59,457 nt of DNA from a virus (taxonomy: Duplodnaviria; Caudoviricetes). Every line of letters begins with the position of its first letter. The stretch's first letter is position 1. The DNA lies in IMG/VR virus record IMGVR_UViG_3300040808_001421, positions 1 to 59,457 of that record. One strand, 5' to 3'. Made by a program: the position numbers and the translations under genes. The notes beneath the pieces were generated by a model. The model was not told the origin of the DNA and did not search any database. It worked only from the letters and a program-made list of their open reading frames with translations. Positions 1-8,798 of the stretch are shown piece after piece.

Positions 1-606
1 GTCATCAGGTGGATGGGATACGGTCGCACATATCAAGACTTTAAATGCAATGTACACATATCGGGTAGAAAAGGTCCACAAGGCATCAAAGACGCCCTCA
101 AGAGACTCTCGCCCGAAGCAAGAAACACTATCACGATCGAAAACGACGAAATGTCCTGGGGCATCGACGCAAGCCTCGAACTTGCAAAAGACCTCGCTCT
201 CGTTCTTGACATACACCATCACTGGGTCAATAGTGGAGAATACATTCAACCCACCGACGATAGATTTGCTCGCATAGTAGATAGTTGGCGTGGTGTTCGT
301 CCTGTCATACACTACTCCGTATCACGTGAAGACTTACTTGTAGACTTTCCTACAGATGTTAAGCCTGACATGACAACACTATTAGAAACAGGGTATAAGA
401 AGCAAAAACTACGTGCTCACAGTGATTTTATGTGGAATAATGCAGTTAATGACTGGGCATTAAGTTTTTGGGACTATGCAGATATAATGGTAGAAAGCAA
501 GGCAAAAAATTTGGCTAGTGCTAATCTGCATAAATATCTACATGAAAATAACGGAACTAACACAAACAAGTTGTCCGAGAACAAAAGCGAAGCAGTGCTG
601 GTGTGA
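1..606 (+). CDS. uvsE: UV-damage endonuclease UvsE/UvdE (5' truncated by window)
   Basis: Open frame from the window start; motifs ITIENDE, LVLDIHHHW, HYS, LRAHSD and DIMVESKAK match the C-terminal half of UvsE. Confidence 0.85.
   Translation, partial: VIRWMGYGRTYQDFKCNVHISGRKGPQGIKDALKRLSPEARNTITIENDEMSWGIDASLELAKDLALVLDIHHHWVNSGEYIQPTDDRFARIVDSWRGVRPVIHYSVSREDLLVDFPTDVKPDMTTLLETGYKKQKLRAHSDFMWNNAVNDWALSFWDYADIMVESKAKNLASANLHKYLHENNGTNTNKLSENKSEAVLV
531..536 (+). promoter_or_regulatory. T4-type late promoter core TAAATA for sodC
   Basis: cataaatatctacATG; the same core recurs before many late-type genes. Confidence 0.6.
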
Positions 607-1105
607 AAGTGTTAATGCACTCACAGAAGCAAACGAAACTGTTTATGCTGTTGTATCAGAACTAATCCACACAGATAAAGTAAAAGGTCAAATACTGTTT
701 ATGCAACGTCCTGGTGAACCAACTCTAATTAAAGGTAGAGTTACTGGTTTAGAACCTGGTAAGCACGGATTTCATATACATGAATTTGGTGATTTGTCAA
801 ATGGTTGTGATTCTGCTGGCCCTCATTATGATCCCGATGGTGTAGACCACGGTGATGTTGATAAAGGGCATGTGGGAGATTTAGGAAATATCACAGCGAA
901 CCCGTCCGGCGTAGCCGATTTCACCATAGTTGCAAAAAGAGTAGATCTAAGTGGAGACCGTAGTATAGTTGGTCGAGCCATTGTTATCCATTCAGATGAA
1001 GATGATTTGGGTAAAGGTGGAGACGAAGAATCACTCAAAACCGGAAATGCAGGCGAAAGAGTTGCCTGCGGAGTAATTACACTTAAAGACAAATCAGGAG
1101 AATAA
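542..1105 (+). CDS. sodC: Cu/Zn superoxide dismutase with N-terminal extension
   Basis: HGFHIHEFGD, SAGPHYDP, HVGDLGNI, IVGRAIVIH and TGNAGERVACGVI; ATG 542 preferred over the ORF-track start at 518. Confidence 0.95.
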   Translation: MKITELTQTSCPRTKAKQCWCESVNALTEANETVYAVVSELIHTDKVKGQILFMQRPGEPTLIKGRVTGLEPGKHGFHIHEFGDLSNGCDSAGPHYDPDGVDHGDVDKGHVGDLGNITANPSGVADFTIVAKRVDLSGDRSIVGRAIVIHSDEDDLGKGGDEESLKTGNAGERVACGVITLKDKSGE

Positions 1106-1106
1106 T

Positions 1107-1328
1107 ATGTTAAAGTGGCTTAAAACAGTTTTCATGCCAGCAGATTTAGAGAAAGAAGCACCATTGGTTCTTGATAAACCTGTTGTAATGAAAAAAGCAG
1201 AACTAACAAAAATGACAAAGAACGATCTAGAACAATTAGGCCGTGCTCATGGCATTGAGTTAGATAAAAGATTAACCAAAGCGAAATTGGTTGATCAATT
1301 ATGGAAAGAAGTAAAACCTAAAAAATAA
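1107..1328 (+). CDS. small protein with Rho-N/HeH-like helical nucleic-acid-binding motif
   Basis: LTKMTKNDLEQLGRAHGIELDKRLTKAKLVDQL; AGGAG SD upstream. Confidence 0.55.
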   Translation: MLKWLKTVFMPADLEKEAPLVLDKPVVMKKAELTKMTKNDLEQLGRAHGIELDKRLTKAKLVDQLWKEVKPKK

Positions 1329-1338
1329 GGAGATTACT

Positions 1339-1512
1339 ATGTTAGATAAATTTAAAGGTTGGGTAGCAAAACGTTTCACAGAAAGAACTTCTTGGGATGG
1401 TGCGGCACTTATTGCACTAGGCATTGTGGTGTTAATTGCTAAACCACTAGCAGGATTACTAGCCTATGCGGCAATCGCATACGGTGCTTGGACTATTTGG
1501 AAGTCTGAGTAA
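1339..1512 (+). CDS. small two-TM membrane protein (57 aa, not in ORF track)
   Basis: Read by hand: MLDKFKGWVAKRFTERTSWDGAALIALGIVVLIAKPLAGLLAYAAIAYGAWTIWKSE; AAGGAG SD. Confidence 0.75.
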   Translation: MLDKFKGWVAKRFTERTSWDGAALIALGIVVLIAKPLAGLLAYAAIAYGAWTIWKSE

Positions 1513-1800
1513 TTACATTTTACCAATTGGTTTGTCTGTGCTTACAGACATATCCCAAACTAAACGCTTCTCAACACCACGCTTTTGAGCAAAGCGTTTA
1601 GGATCACATTTAGGGCAAACGTGGAAATAGTTGTTGCTTAAACGTCTAGGATCCACTTTGCCCTTTTCTCTTATAAATTCTTCTTCGCATTGATCGCACT
1701 TAAAAACTACTACTTGCGATTTACGTGTATAAGGATGGTATCTGCCTGCTTTAGACTTACGCATATAGGACTTGGTAATAATATCTGTTCTTATATACAT
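1513..1800 (-). CDS. hypothetical Zn-ribbon protein
   Basis: CDQC...CPKC; TAAATA 5 nt upstream of the ATG on the minus strand. Confidence 0.7.
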   Translation of the reverse strand: MYIRTDIITKSYMRKSKAGRYHPYTRKSQVVVFKCDQCEEEFIREKGKVDPRRLSNNYFHVCPKCDPKRFAQKRGVEKRLVWDMSVSTDKPIGKM

Positions 1801-1805
1801 GCTCG

Positions 1806-1848
1806 TATTTACACTTTACATTCGGATTATAGAATAATAACATAAATA
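1806..1848. promoter_or_regulatory. divergent pair of late-type promoter cores
   Basis: TATTTA at 1806-1811 (TAAATA on the minus strand) and TAAATA at 1843-1848, each exactly 5 nt from an ATG. Confidence 0.6.
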
Positions 1849-1853
1849 TTATC

Positions 1854-2177
1854 ATGAGCATAGTAACTGTGACTGAATCAGCAAAAGAACACATGGAAGG
1901 CGTACTTGCTAAAGAAGGTAAAAAGTACGTTAGATTAAGTGTTAAAGGCGGTGGTTGTGCTGGTTTTACATATCAGTGGGACGCTGTAGATGCAGTTGCA
2001 GATGATGATGAGATTTTTGATTTAACCAATGGCAAGTTTGCTATTGATGGAGCAGGTTTATTGTATGTAGCGGGTACAACAATAGACTTTAAGAAAGAAG
2101 TTTTTGGTTCTTATATGAATATAAGCAACCCTAATGCAACTTCGTCATGCGGTTGCGGCGAAAGTTTTGGAGTATAA
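1854..2177 (+). CDS. iscA: A-type Fe-S carrier protein (IscA/SufA/HesB)
   Basis: VKGGGCAGF and NPNATSSCGCGESF signature motifs. Confidence 0.93.
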   Translation: MSIVTVTESAKEHMEGVLAKEGKKYVRLSVKGGGCAGFTYQWDAVDAVADDDEIFDLTNGKFAIDGAGLLYVAGTTIDFKKEVFGSYMNISNPNATSSCGCGESFGV

Positions 2178-2181
2178 CTAG

Positions 2182-5100
2182 ATGGCACGTAAAGTAATTA
2201 ATATTGGTACTACTGGTAATGATGCTACAGGCGATAGTATCAGGGAAGGTTTTAATAAAGTTAATCAAAACTTTACTGAAATCTATGCATCATTAGGACT
2301 AGGCGGTGGATTAACGTTTTCATCATTAGACGACACTCCATCTACACTAGCACCAAACAAAGTACTTGCTACAAATACAGCAGGCGATGCTGTTAATTTA
2401 AGAACTATCGAAGGTGAAGGTATTGCTATCGACTTCACTTCTGATCCTACTAAATTAACACTTAGAACAACTGGTACAGAAATTAGACTTGATACTACAC
2501 CAGAACTAGGTGGTGACTTGAATGCACAAACATTCTTGATTGAAAACTTAGGTACTCCAGAAAAAGATCAAGATGCTGTTACTAAAAAATATGCAGATGA
2601 CAAGTTCTTAGATGTTGCAGGTGATATAGCAACTGGTGTTATTAGATTACAAAATGCAGGACAACCAAGAGTACCGAACAGTCAAGACGAAGCAGTAAAC
2701 AAAAAATATGCTGATACAAAAGTAAGACTTGCTGGTGACACAATGACAGGACCATTGGTTCTATCACAATCACCTACATTTACTTCAAGTAGTCTACAAG
2801 CGGCTACTAAAGAATATGTAGATAATAATAGTTTTACAAGTAAGAAAAATTTATTCGTAAGCACTACCGGTAGAACAGAACAGGAAATGATTTCTGATGG
2901 TGTTGACAGAACACAAATTGGTCGTTCTTTAGCATACGCATTTAACAATGTTAGAGAAGCGGCGTTCTATGCAGAAAGAATTATCAAAGGTGATATTACA
3001 CTTAAGGATCAAGGTCTACTAACCGGTGATGTTATTTTCCCTGTGCCTGGTAGAAAGCCTGGACCGTATACAGTTAACATGGCGGCTGATGGTACGGAAG
3101 ACACAACCTATGTATTAGCAAACAAATTGTTTGTTAACAACAGAGAATTCATTCAACGCGAAACACTTGCATATATTGAAGCAGAAATCAATGACGGTGA
3201 TAATTCAGATGACTTTGCTTCTAACTTTACATTTAATAGAGAAAAATGTTTCCGTGATATTGGATTAATTATTGATGCTGTTAGTTTCGACTTAACTTAT
3301 GTTGGTAACTCAAAAACAGTTGATGCGGCGGCTTCATATTGGGATGGTGCTACATCAAGAGTAGCAGGACAACAAACAGAAACCGTTGCGGCACTTGAAT
3401 TTGCTAAGAATCTAATTCAAAACAATGTGTTAACAAATACGGCTTATGTTGCTCCAGCAAACACAGAAAATCCAAATGCTGTTGCACTTATTGATGCAAA
3501 CAGAGAATACATTGCAGATGAAACTATTGCTTACATTGAAGCACAAATTGCGGCAGGTGCCGGTATATGGAATGGATTTACATACGATAAAACAAAATGT
3601 GAGCGTGATGTAAAAATTATTCTTGATGGTATTAGTTTTGATTTAAAATACGGTGGTAACAGTAAATCTAGAGAAAATGCTTCACGTTATTGGAATGGTG
3701 TTACAAGTTATGTTGCAGGTCAACAGCCACAGACAGTTGATGCATTAAACTTTACTAAAGACCTAGTAAGAAGTTATATTATTCTAAACACAGCATATAC
3801 TTCAAGACAAAGTGTAACAGAACAGGTTATAAATTCAAACAACGGCGAATCAGCGGCAAGTACAAAAATTAATACACTAATGAATATGATTGCTGACGTT
3901 ATTACTAACGGACTAGGCAACTTACCTGTACTAGAAGGTACTTACAGTAATCAAAGTGGTGCTAAACAATTTATTGATACAACTGTTATTGCAGAAACAG
4001 GAGCAAGTACTGAAATTGGTAACTTGATGGATATTGTTACCGATGTTATTACTAACGGACTAGGTGCATTACCTGCTAAGATTGGCGGTCAAGGTAGAGA
4101 ACAAAATGTTCCATTACCTGAAGTAACTATTCATATTGAATCAGGTTTCTACGAAGAACTAACACCAATTGTTTTACCAGAGAACTGTTCGATCAAAGGT
4201 GACGAATTTAGACGTGTAATCATTCAATCTAAAGTAGGTGTTCGACCTCCACAACGTGCATTAGATTTAAAATTTGAACGTGGAGATCAAAAGCGGTTCG
4301 ATGGTACTGGTACACCTAAAGCCGCAAGATTTAGAAATCACTATGACTCACAGTATTCAAGAGCCGACACTGGCGTAGGTGTTAACCAAACAGGTGCGGC
4401 GCAGATTAGATTAAAAGATCTAGTTTACTATCCACGTTGGGGACAATACTTTACATACAATGGTACAACGTACTACGTAAAAGAAATTAGTTTTGATCCT
4501 GATGGTGTAGAAGATTTTACAAGAGCAGATTTATCACTTTATAGCGATATCAACTTAACAACTACAACAACACTACAAGATGATATTCCTAACAATACTG
4601 TAATTGAATTAAAAATGCTTAACCAACACTGTGATGTGTTCTTGGTTAACAACGCAACAATTTTAAGAAACATTACAGTTAGAAGACACCAAGGTGCTAT
4701 TATGGTGCTTGACCCTGAAGGTCAAATTTTAACCAAATCACCTTATGTACAAACTTGTTCTTCATTCTCATCACAGGGCGGTTCAGGACAATATGTTGAT
4801 GGTAACGCCGGTGTTCAATATGGTACTGTTGTTGACAACCCTGCAAGTGGTTTTGAAATTACCCTAAAAGGGTTGACTAGAGGAATCCAGATTCCAACAA
4901 CTTTCTTATATCAAGGCAGTGGTGGAGTAGAAAAGAAAACTTACAGAGTTATCGGTGTAACTGCACCTGTAGATGACGGCGACGGAAATACACCAACAAC
5001 ATTTAAACAAAAGTTAACACTCGCGGCTGATACAGAAATTGCTGTAGATTCTAAAACATTACCAGCAGGCACTATTCCACAAGGTGATGAAATTAGAGTT

Positions 5101-8100
5101 GAAACTGCTGGTAACAAGTCAATGACTTCAAATGACTATACCCAGGTTAACAACGATGGTTATGGTCTAGTTGCTACAAACAACGGATTAGTTGAAACAG
5201 TTTCTGTGTTTACATACTACTGTGATACGGCATACTGGGCAAGAAACGGTGGACAAATTAGATCACTTAACGGATCTAATGCGTATGGTAGACTTGCTCT
5301 TAAAGCAGAAGGTTCAGATCCAAACGAAAATATTCAGTCGGGTGCAATCTTCTTTAGAGAATTAAATGCAACAGTTGAAGCAGACTCAACAAGACAAGAC
5401 TTTTCACAACCATTTAAGGTACACAACCCTGCAAACACAGCGGCTGGTACAGGTGATACTGATTTAGAAATTAGAGATTTCAACTATCGTCCAATGGAAG
5501 GTAGTAGATTTAGATTAACAGCATACAGTTCAAACAATGACGGAACTGATTACTCAGTTGATGAATTAGAAGATGTAACCATTAACGTTACAGGTATTAC
5601 TATTGCTTCTGAAGCAGTGTTCACAACAAGTGTTAACCACTACTATAGAGAAGGTGCAATGGTATTTGTATCTGGTGCAAATGCAAACGGAATGAATGAT
5701 GTTGACGGTGCTTACTATGTAAAAGTTGTTTCTTCAAACACATTTAAACTGTGTACTGACACCGCACTTACAACTTTCTTAGATACAACTACAAAAGGTA
5801 ATCCAAGTTACGGTGGTACTGGCTGTACTGTAAAAGGCGGTGGTAGAGCAGTTCTTAAACTAGGACAAGCACTTGCGATTGGTACTGGTACAAGAGTACC
5901 TGATGGCAGTGAAGTTATTATTAAAATTGGTAAGAAAGTTACTGTAAGAAACTTAACAGATACTCCAAGAGTTTTACCTAGTTCTGCATTAACTTTTGCT
6001 ACTGGCGACCAAACAGTATTTAGAATTTTAGGTGTTGAAAGACTTGTAACAAACGAAGTTAATGATCCTAATGTTGACTTCCAACTTATGAGTTTGGATT
6101 TACAATTCCCACAAGATAGATTTAATACTGATGTTGTTAAAGTTACAACTGCAATTAGTACACTAAGAGCAACCGGTCATGACTTCATGAACATTGGTTG
6201 GGGTAACTATGCAAACTCAAATTATCCAAACAACGTGTTTGGTGCACCAGCAGGACGTCCAGACTTTGCGGCAGACCAAGCAAGTGAAGCAGTTGAAGTG
6301 GGTGCAGGTAGAGTATTCTATGCAAGTACAGACCAAGATGGTAACTTTAGAGTTGGTAAGTTCTTCCGTGTTAACCAAGGTGACGGATCAGTTGAACTTA
6401 ATGCAAACATTTCATTAACAAACGTTGATGGTTTAGGATTTACAAAAGGTACTGTTGTTGATGAATTTTCAACAGACGATAAACTATTAGGTAAGTCAGA
6501 TGATGCTGTTCCAACAGAAGCAAGTATTGTTACGTATCTAAACTCAGCAATCATAGGACAACACGAAGATGGTACTAGTTTCCCTGAATGGACAACAACA
6601 GGTTCACAAGCAGGTGGAACATTTGGTGTTCTAAGTAGAGCAGGTTATAACGGAACTAATCTTTCATGGAATAGAATGTATGGTGAACTTAATATGGGCA
6701 CCAACAAGATTACAAACATTTCAATGACAGGTGCTCAAGACGTTGACGGTGTTAACAAATTATATGCTGACAATGTATTCCGTGGAGCAACAACAGATTC
6801 TATTAGAACAGACGTAAAAGCATTTACAATGTTAAATGATAGTACACTTGATAGTGGTGCTATTGACATGAATGGTAACAGAATTAAATCAATGCGTGAT
6901 CCAGAAGATGGAAGTGATGCTGTTACAAAACAATATGTTGACGAACAAAACAGAATTGGTGGTTTAGAAGGTGTTGCTATAACAGGTAATCCTAATAACA
7001 CCGACCTGTTAATGTTTAGCGGATCTAATCATACAGACGGATTAGGCAATGCTATCCAAGGTGCAGTTAACGTATCACTAGATACAACAGTTGATAACAC
7101 AGGCGGTAGCCCAACATTTGGTGAACCAACTGGAACAGGTTCTGATGTAAGAATTATTAGAACCAATAACGAAATTAATATTCAACTTGCAAACGGTGCA
7201 GTTAAAAATGCAGATGTAAGTGCCGCGGCGGCTATTGCACAAAGCAAACTAAACATGAATGCCGCAACTACTAGAGCAAATGCATCTGGTATTACACAGG
7301 CTGATCTAGGACTTGCAAGTTTTGATAATACAGAATTTTCAGCAACAAACGGATTTATTACTTTAAAAACTCCTACACTATCAAATCCAAATGACGGTGT
7401 AACACTTGACAAAATAGAATTTATTACTGGTACAAGTATTCTTGGTAACAGTCAAGTGAGTGAAAATGCTGTAGAAGCATTAACACCAAGTGAAGTAAGA
7501 TCACTTATTGATTTTGATAACTCTGTTGAAGCATACATTGATGAGAACGTGCTAGATAACAACGGTGCTCTTGTTAAGACTGGTGGTACTATGACTGGTA
7601 CACTACAAACTCTTAACGTAAGACCTGCTAGTAACGAAACAAGTGATCTAGGTTTAACAACAGCACGTTATAGAAACATTTACACAAAACAGGTTAACAC
7701 AGACACTATTCAAGAAGCACGTGGTAATATTGTTAACATTACTGCTATTACAAAAACAGATCCTGCTGTAATTACAACAAGTGTTGCACACGGATTTAAG
7801 AACGGTGACAAGATCAAGTTCTTAAGCATCAGCGGGATGACTGAACTTAATGGTTTAGTAAAATATGTAGGTGGTGTAACAACGAACAGTTTTGAAATTT
7901 ATGAAGACGCTGGTTTAACAAATGGAACTGATACTTCAGGATTTACTACATACACATCAGGTGGTACAGCGAGTACAATATTCGATCTTGTATTAGGTAC
8001 AGATGGTACACAAATTCTAACACTCGACAAAGGTAACAACTATACTGATAGTAGATTTATTGGTAGTTCGGATACATTAACAACTGCAAGAACATTTACA

Positions 8101-8778
8101 TTTACAGGTGCGGCAACTGGTACTGTTGATTTCGATGGTAGCCAAGACGTAACTGTAACACTTGCGGCGGCCGTTGCGGCAGGTTCACCATATGATGGAA
8201 CTTATGTACGTAGAAACGGTTTAAGTGATGATAGTAATATGGTTGGAGTATTTGGTACTAAACAAATTGTACCAAGTGACGGCGTAAGCGGCGGAGTAAA
8301 CACACTTGCAGATAATTCATACGATATTGGTGCTAGTAATAATAGATACGCAAATGTTTACGCAGTTAGATTTGAAGGTACTGCTTCTGAAGCAGAGTTT
8401 GCTGACTTAGCAGAGAAATACCTTGCAGACACAGATTATGAAGAAGGCACAGTATTAATGTTCGGTGGCGAACAAGAAGTTACTGCTTCTAACAAAGAGG
8501 GAACTACTAAAGTTGCTGGAGTAGTTTCAACAGCACCAGGTTATACAATGAACAACAAACTTGAAGGTGATCATGTTGCAATGTTAGCACTACAAGGAAG
8601 AGTACCTTGTAAGGTTGTTGGTAGAATTGAAAAAGGTGACATGATTGTTGCAAGTTCAATTGTAGGTGTTGGTACAGCAAGTGAAGATCCAAAACTAGGA
8701 TCAGTTATAGGTAAAGCACTTGAAAACTATGATAGCGATGAAGTTGGTGTCATCGAAGTTGTAGTTGGAAGGCAGTAA
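2182..8778 (+). CDS. giant baseplate-anchored tail-fibre-like protein (2198 aa)
   Basis: gp9/gp10-like N-terminus (INIGTTGNDATGDSIREGFNKVNQNF); DAxxKxY[AV]D fibre repeats; helical KCxRD repeats; FCCH-like beta modules; C-terminal intramolecular-chaperone-like domain (ADLAEKY...GTV...GRVPCKV). Confidence 0.85.
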   Translation: MARKVINIGTTGNDATGDSIREGFNKVNQNFTEIYASLGLGGGLTFSSLDDTPSTLAPNKVLATNTAGDAVNLRTIEGEGIAIDFTSDPTKLTLRTTGTEIRLDTTPELGGDLNAQTFLIENLGTPEKDQDAVTKKYADDKFLDVAGDIATGVIRLQNAGQPRVPNSQDEAVNKKYADTKVRLAGDTMTGPLVLSQSPTFTSSSLQAATKEYVDNNSFTSKKNLFVSTTGRTEQEMISDGVDRTQIGRSLAYAFNNVREAAFYAERIIKGDITLKDQGLLTGDVIFPVPGRKPGPYTVNMAADGTEDTTYVLANKLFVNNREFIQRETLAYIEAEINDGDNSDDFASNFTFNREKCFRDIGLIIDAVSFDLTYVGNSKTVDAAASYWDGATSRVAGQQTETVAALEFAKNLIQNNVLTNTAYVAPANTENPNAVALIDANREYIADETIAYIEAQIAAGAGIWNGFTYDKTKCERDVKIILDGISFDLKYGGNSKSRENASRYWNGVTSYVAGQQPQTVDALNFTKDLVRSYIILNTAYTSRQSVTEQVINSNNGESAASTKINTLMNMIADVITNGLGNLPVLEGTYSNQSGAKQFIDTTVIAETGASTEIGNLMDIVTDVITNGLGALPAKIGGQGREQNVPLPEVTIHIESGFYEELTPIVLPENCSIKGDEFRRVIIQSKVGVRPPQRALDLKFERGDQKRFDGTGTPKAARFRNHYDSQYSRADTGVGVNQTGAAQIRLKDLVYYPRWGQYFTYNGTTYYVKEISFDPDGVEDFTRADLSLYSDINLTTTTTLQDDIPNNTVIELKMLNQHCDVFLVNNATILRNITVRRHQGAIMVLDPEGQILTKSPYVQTCSSFSSQGGSGQYVDGNAGVQYGTVVDNPASGFEITLKGLTRGIQIPTTFLYQGSGGVEKKTYRVIGVTAPVDDGDGNTPTTFKQKLTLAADTEIAVDSKTLPAGTIPQGDEIRVETAGNKSMTSNDYTQVNNDGYGLVATNNGLVETVSVFTYYCDTAYWARNGGQIRSLNGSNAYGRLALKAEGSDPNENIQSGAIFFRELNATVEADSTRQDFSQPFKVHNPANTAAGTGDTDLEIRDFNYRPMEGSRFRLTAYSSNNDGTDYSVDELEDVTINVTGITIASEAVFTTSVNHYYREGAMVFVSGANANGMNDVDGAYYVKVVSSNTFKLCTDTALTTFLDTTTKGNPSYGGTGCTVKGGGRAVLKLGQALAIGTGTRVPDGSEVIIKIGKKVTVRNLTDTPRVLPSSALTFATGDQTVFRILGVERLVTNEVNDPNVDFQLMSLDLQFPQDRFNTDVVKVTTAISTLRATGHDFMNIGWGNYANSNYPNNVFGAPAGRPDFAADQASEAVEVGAGRVFYASTDQDGNFRVGKFFRVNQGDGSVELNANISLTNVDGLGFTKGTVVDEFSTDDKLLGKSDDAVPTEASIVTYLNSAIIGQHEDGTSFPEWTTTGSQAGGTFGVLSRAGYNGTNLSWNRMYGELNMGTNKITNISMTGAQDVDGVNKLYADNVFRGATTDSIRTDVKAFTMLNDSTLDSGAIDMNGNRIKSMRDPEDGSDAVTKQYVDEQNRIGGLEGVAITGNPNNTDLLMFSGSNHTDGLGNAIQGAVNVSLDTTVDNTGGSPTFGEPTGTGSDVRIIRTNNEINIQLANGAVKNADVSAAAAIAQSKLNMNAATTRANASGITQADLGLASFDNTEFSATNGFITLKTPTLSNPNDGVTLDKIEFITGTSILGNSQVSENAVEALTPSEVRSLIDFDNSVEAYIDENVLDNNGALVKTGGTMTGTLQTLNVRPASNETSDLGLTTARYRNIYTKQVNTDTIQEARGNIVNITAITKTDPAVITTSVAHGFKNGDKIKFLSISGMTELNGLVKYVGGVTTNSFEIYEDAGLTNGTDTSGFTTYTSGGTASTIFDLVLGTDGTQILTLDKGNNYTDSRFIGSSDTLTTARTFTFTGAATGTVDFDGSQDVTVTLAAAVAAGSPYDGTYVRRNGLSDDSNMVGVFGTKQIVPSDGVSGGVNTLADNSYDIGASNNRYANVYAVRFEGTASEAEFADLAEKYLADTDYEEGTVLMFGGEQEVTASNKEGTTKVAGVVSTAPGYTMNNKLEGDHVAMLALQGRVPCKVVGRIEKGDMIVASSIVGVGTASEDPKLGSVIGKALENYDSDEVGVIEVVVGRQ
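3106..4070 (+). repeat. tandem helical protein repeats inside fibre gene, including exact 20-nt repeat gttattactaacggactagg (3898, 4045)
   Basis: NREFIQRETLAYI...KCFRDIGLIIDAVSFDLTYVGNSK vs NREYIADETIAYI...KCERDVKIILDGISFDLKYGGNSK. Confidence 0.8.
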
Positions 8779-8798
8779 ATATAGTATAGGAAAAGATT

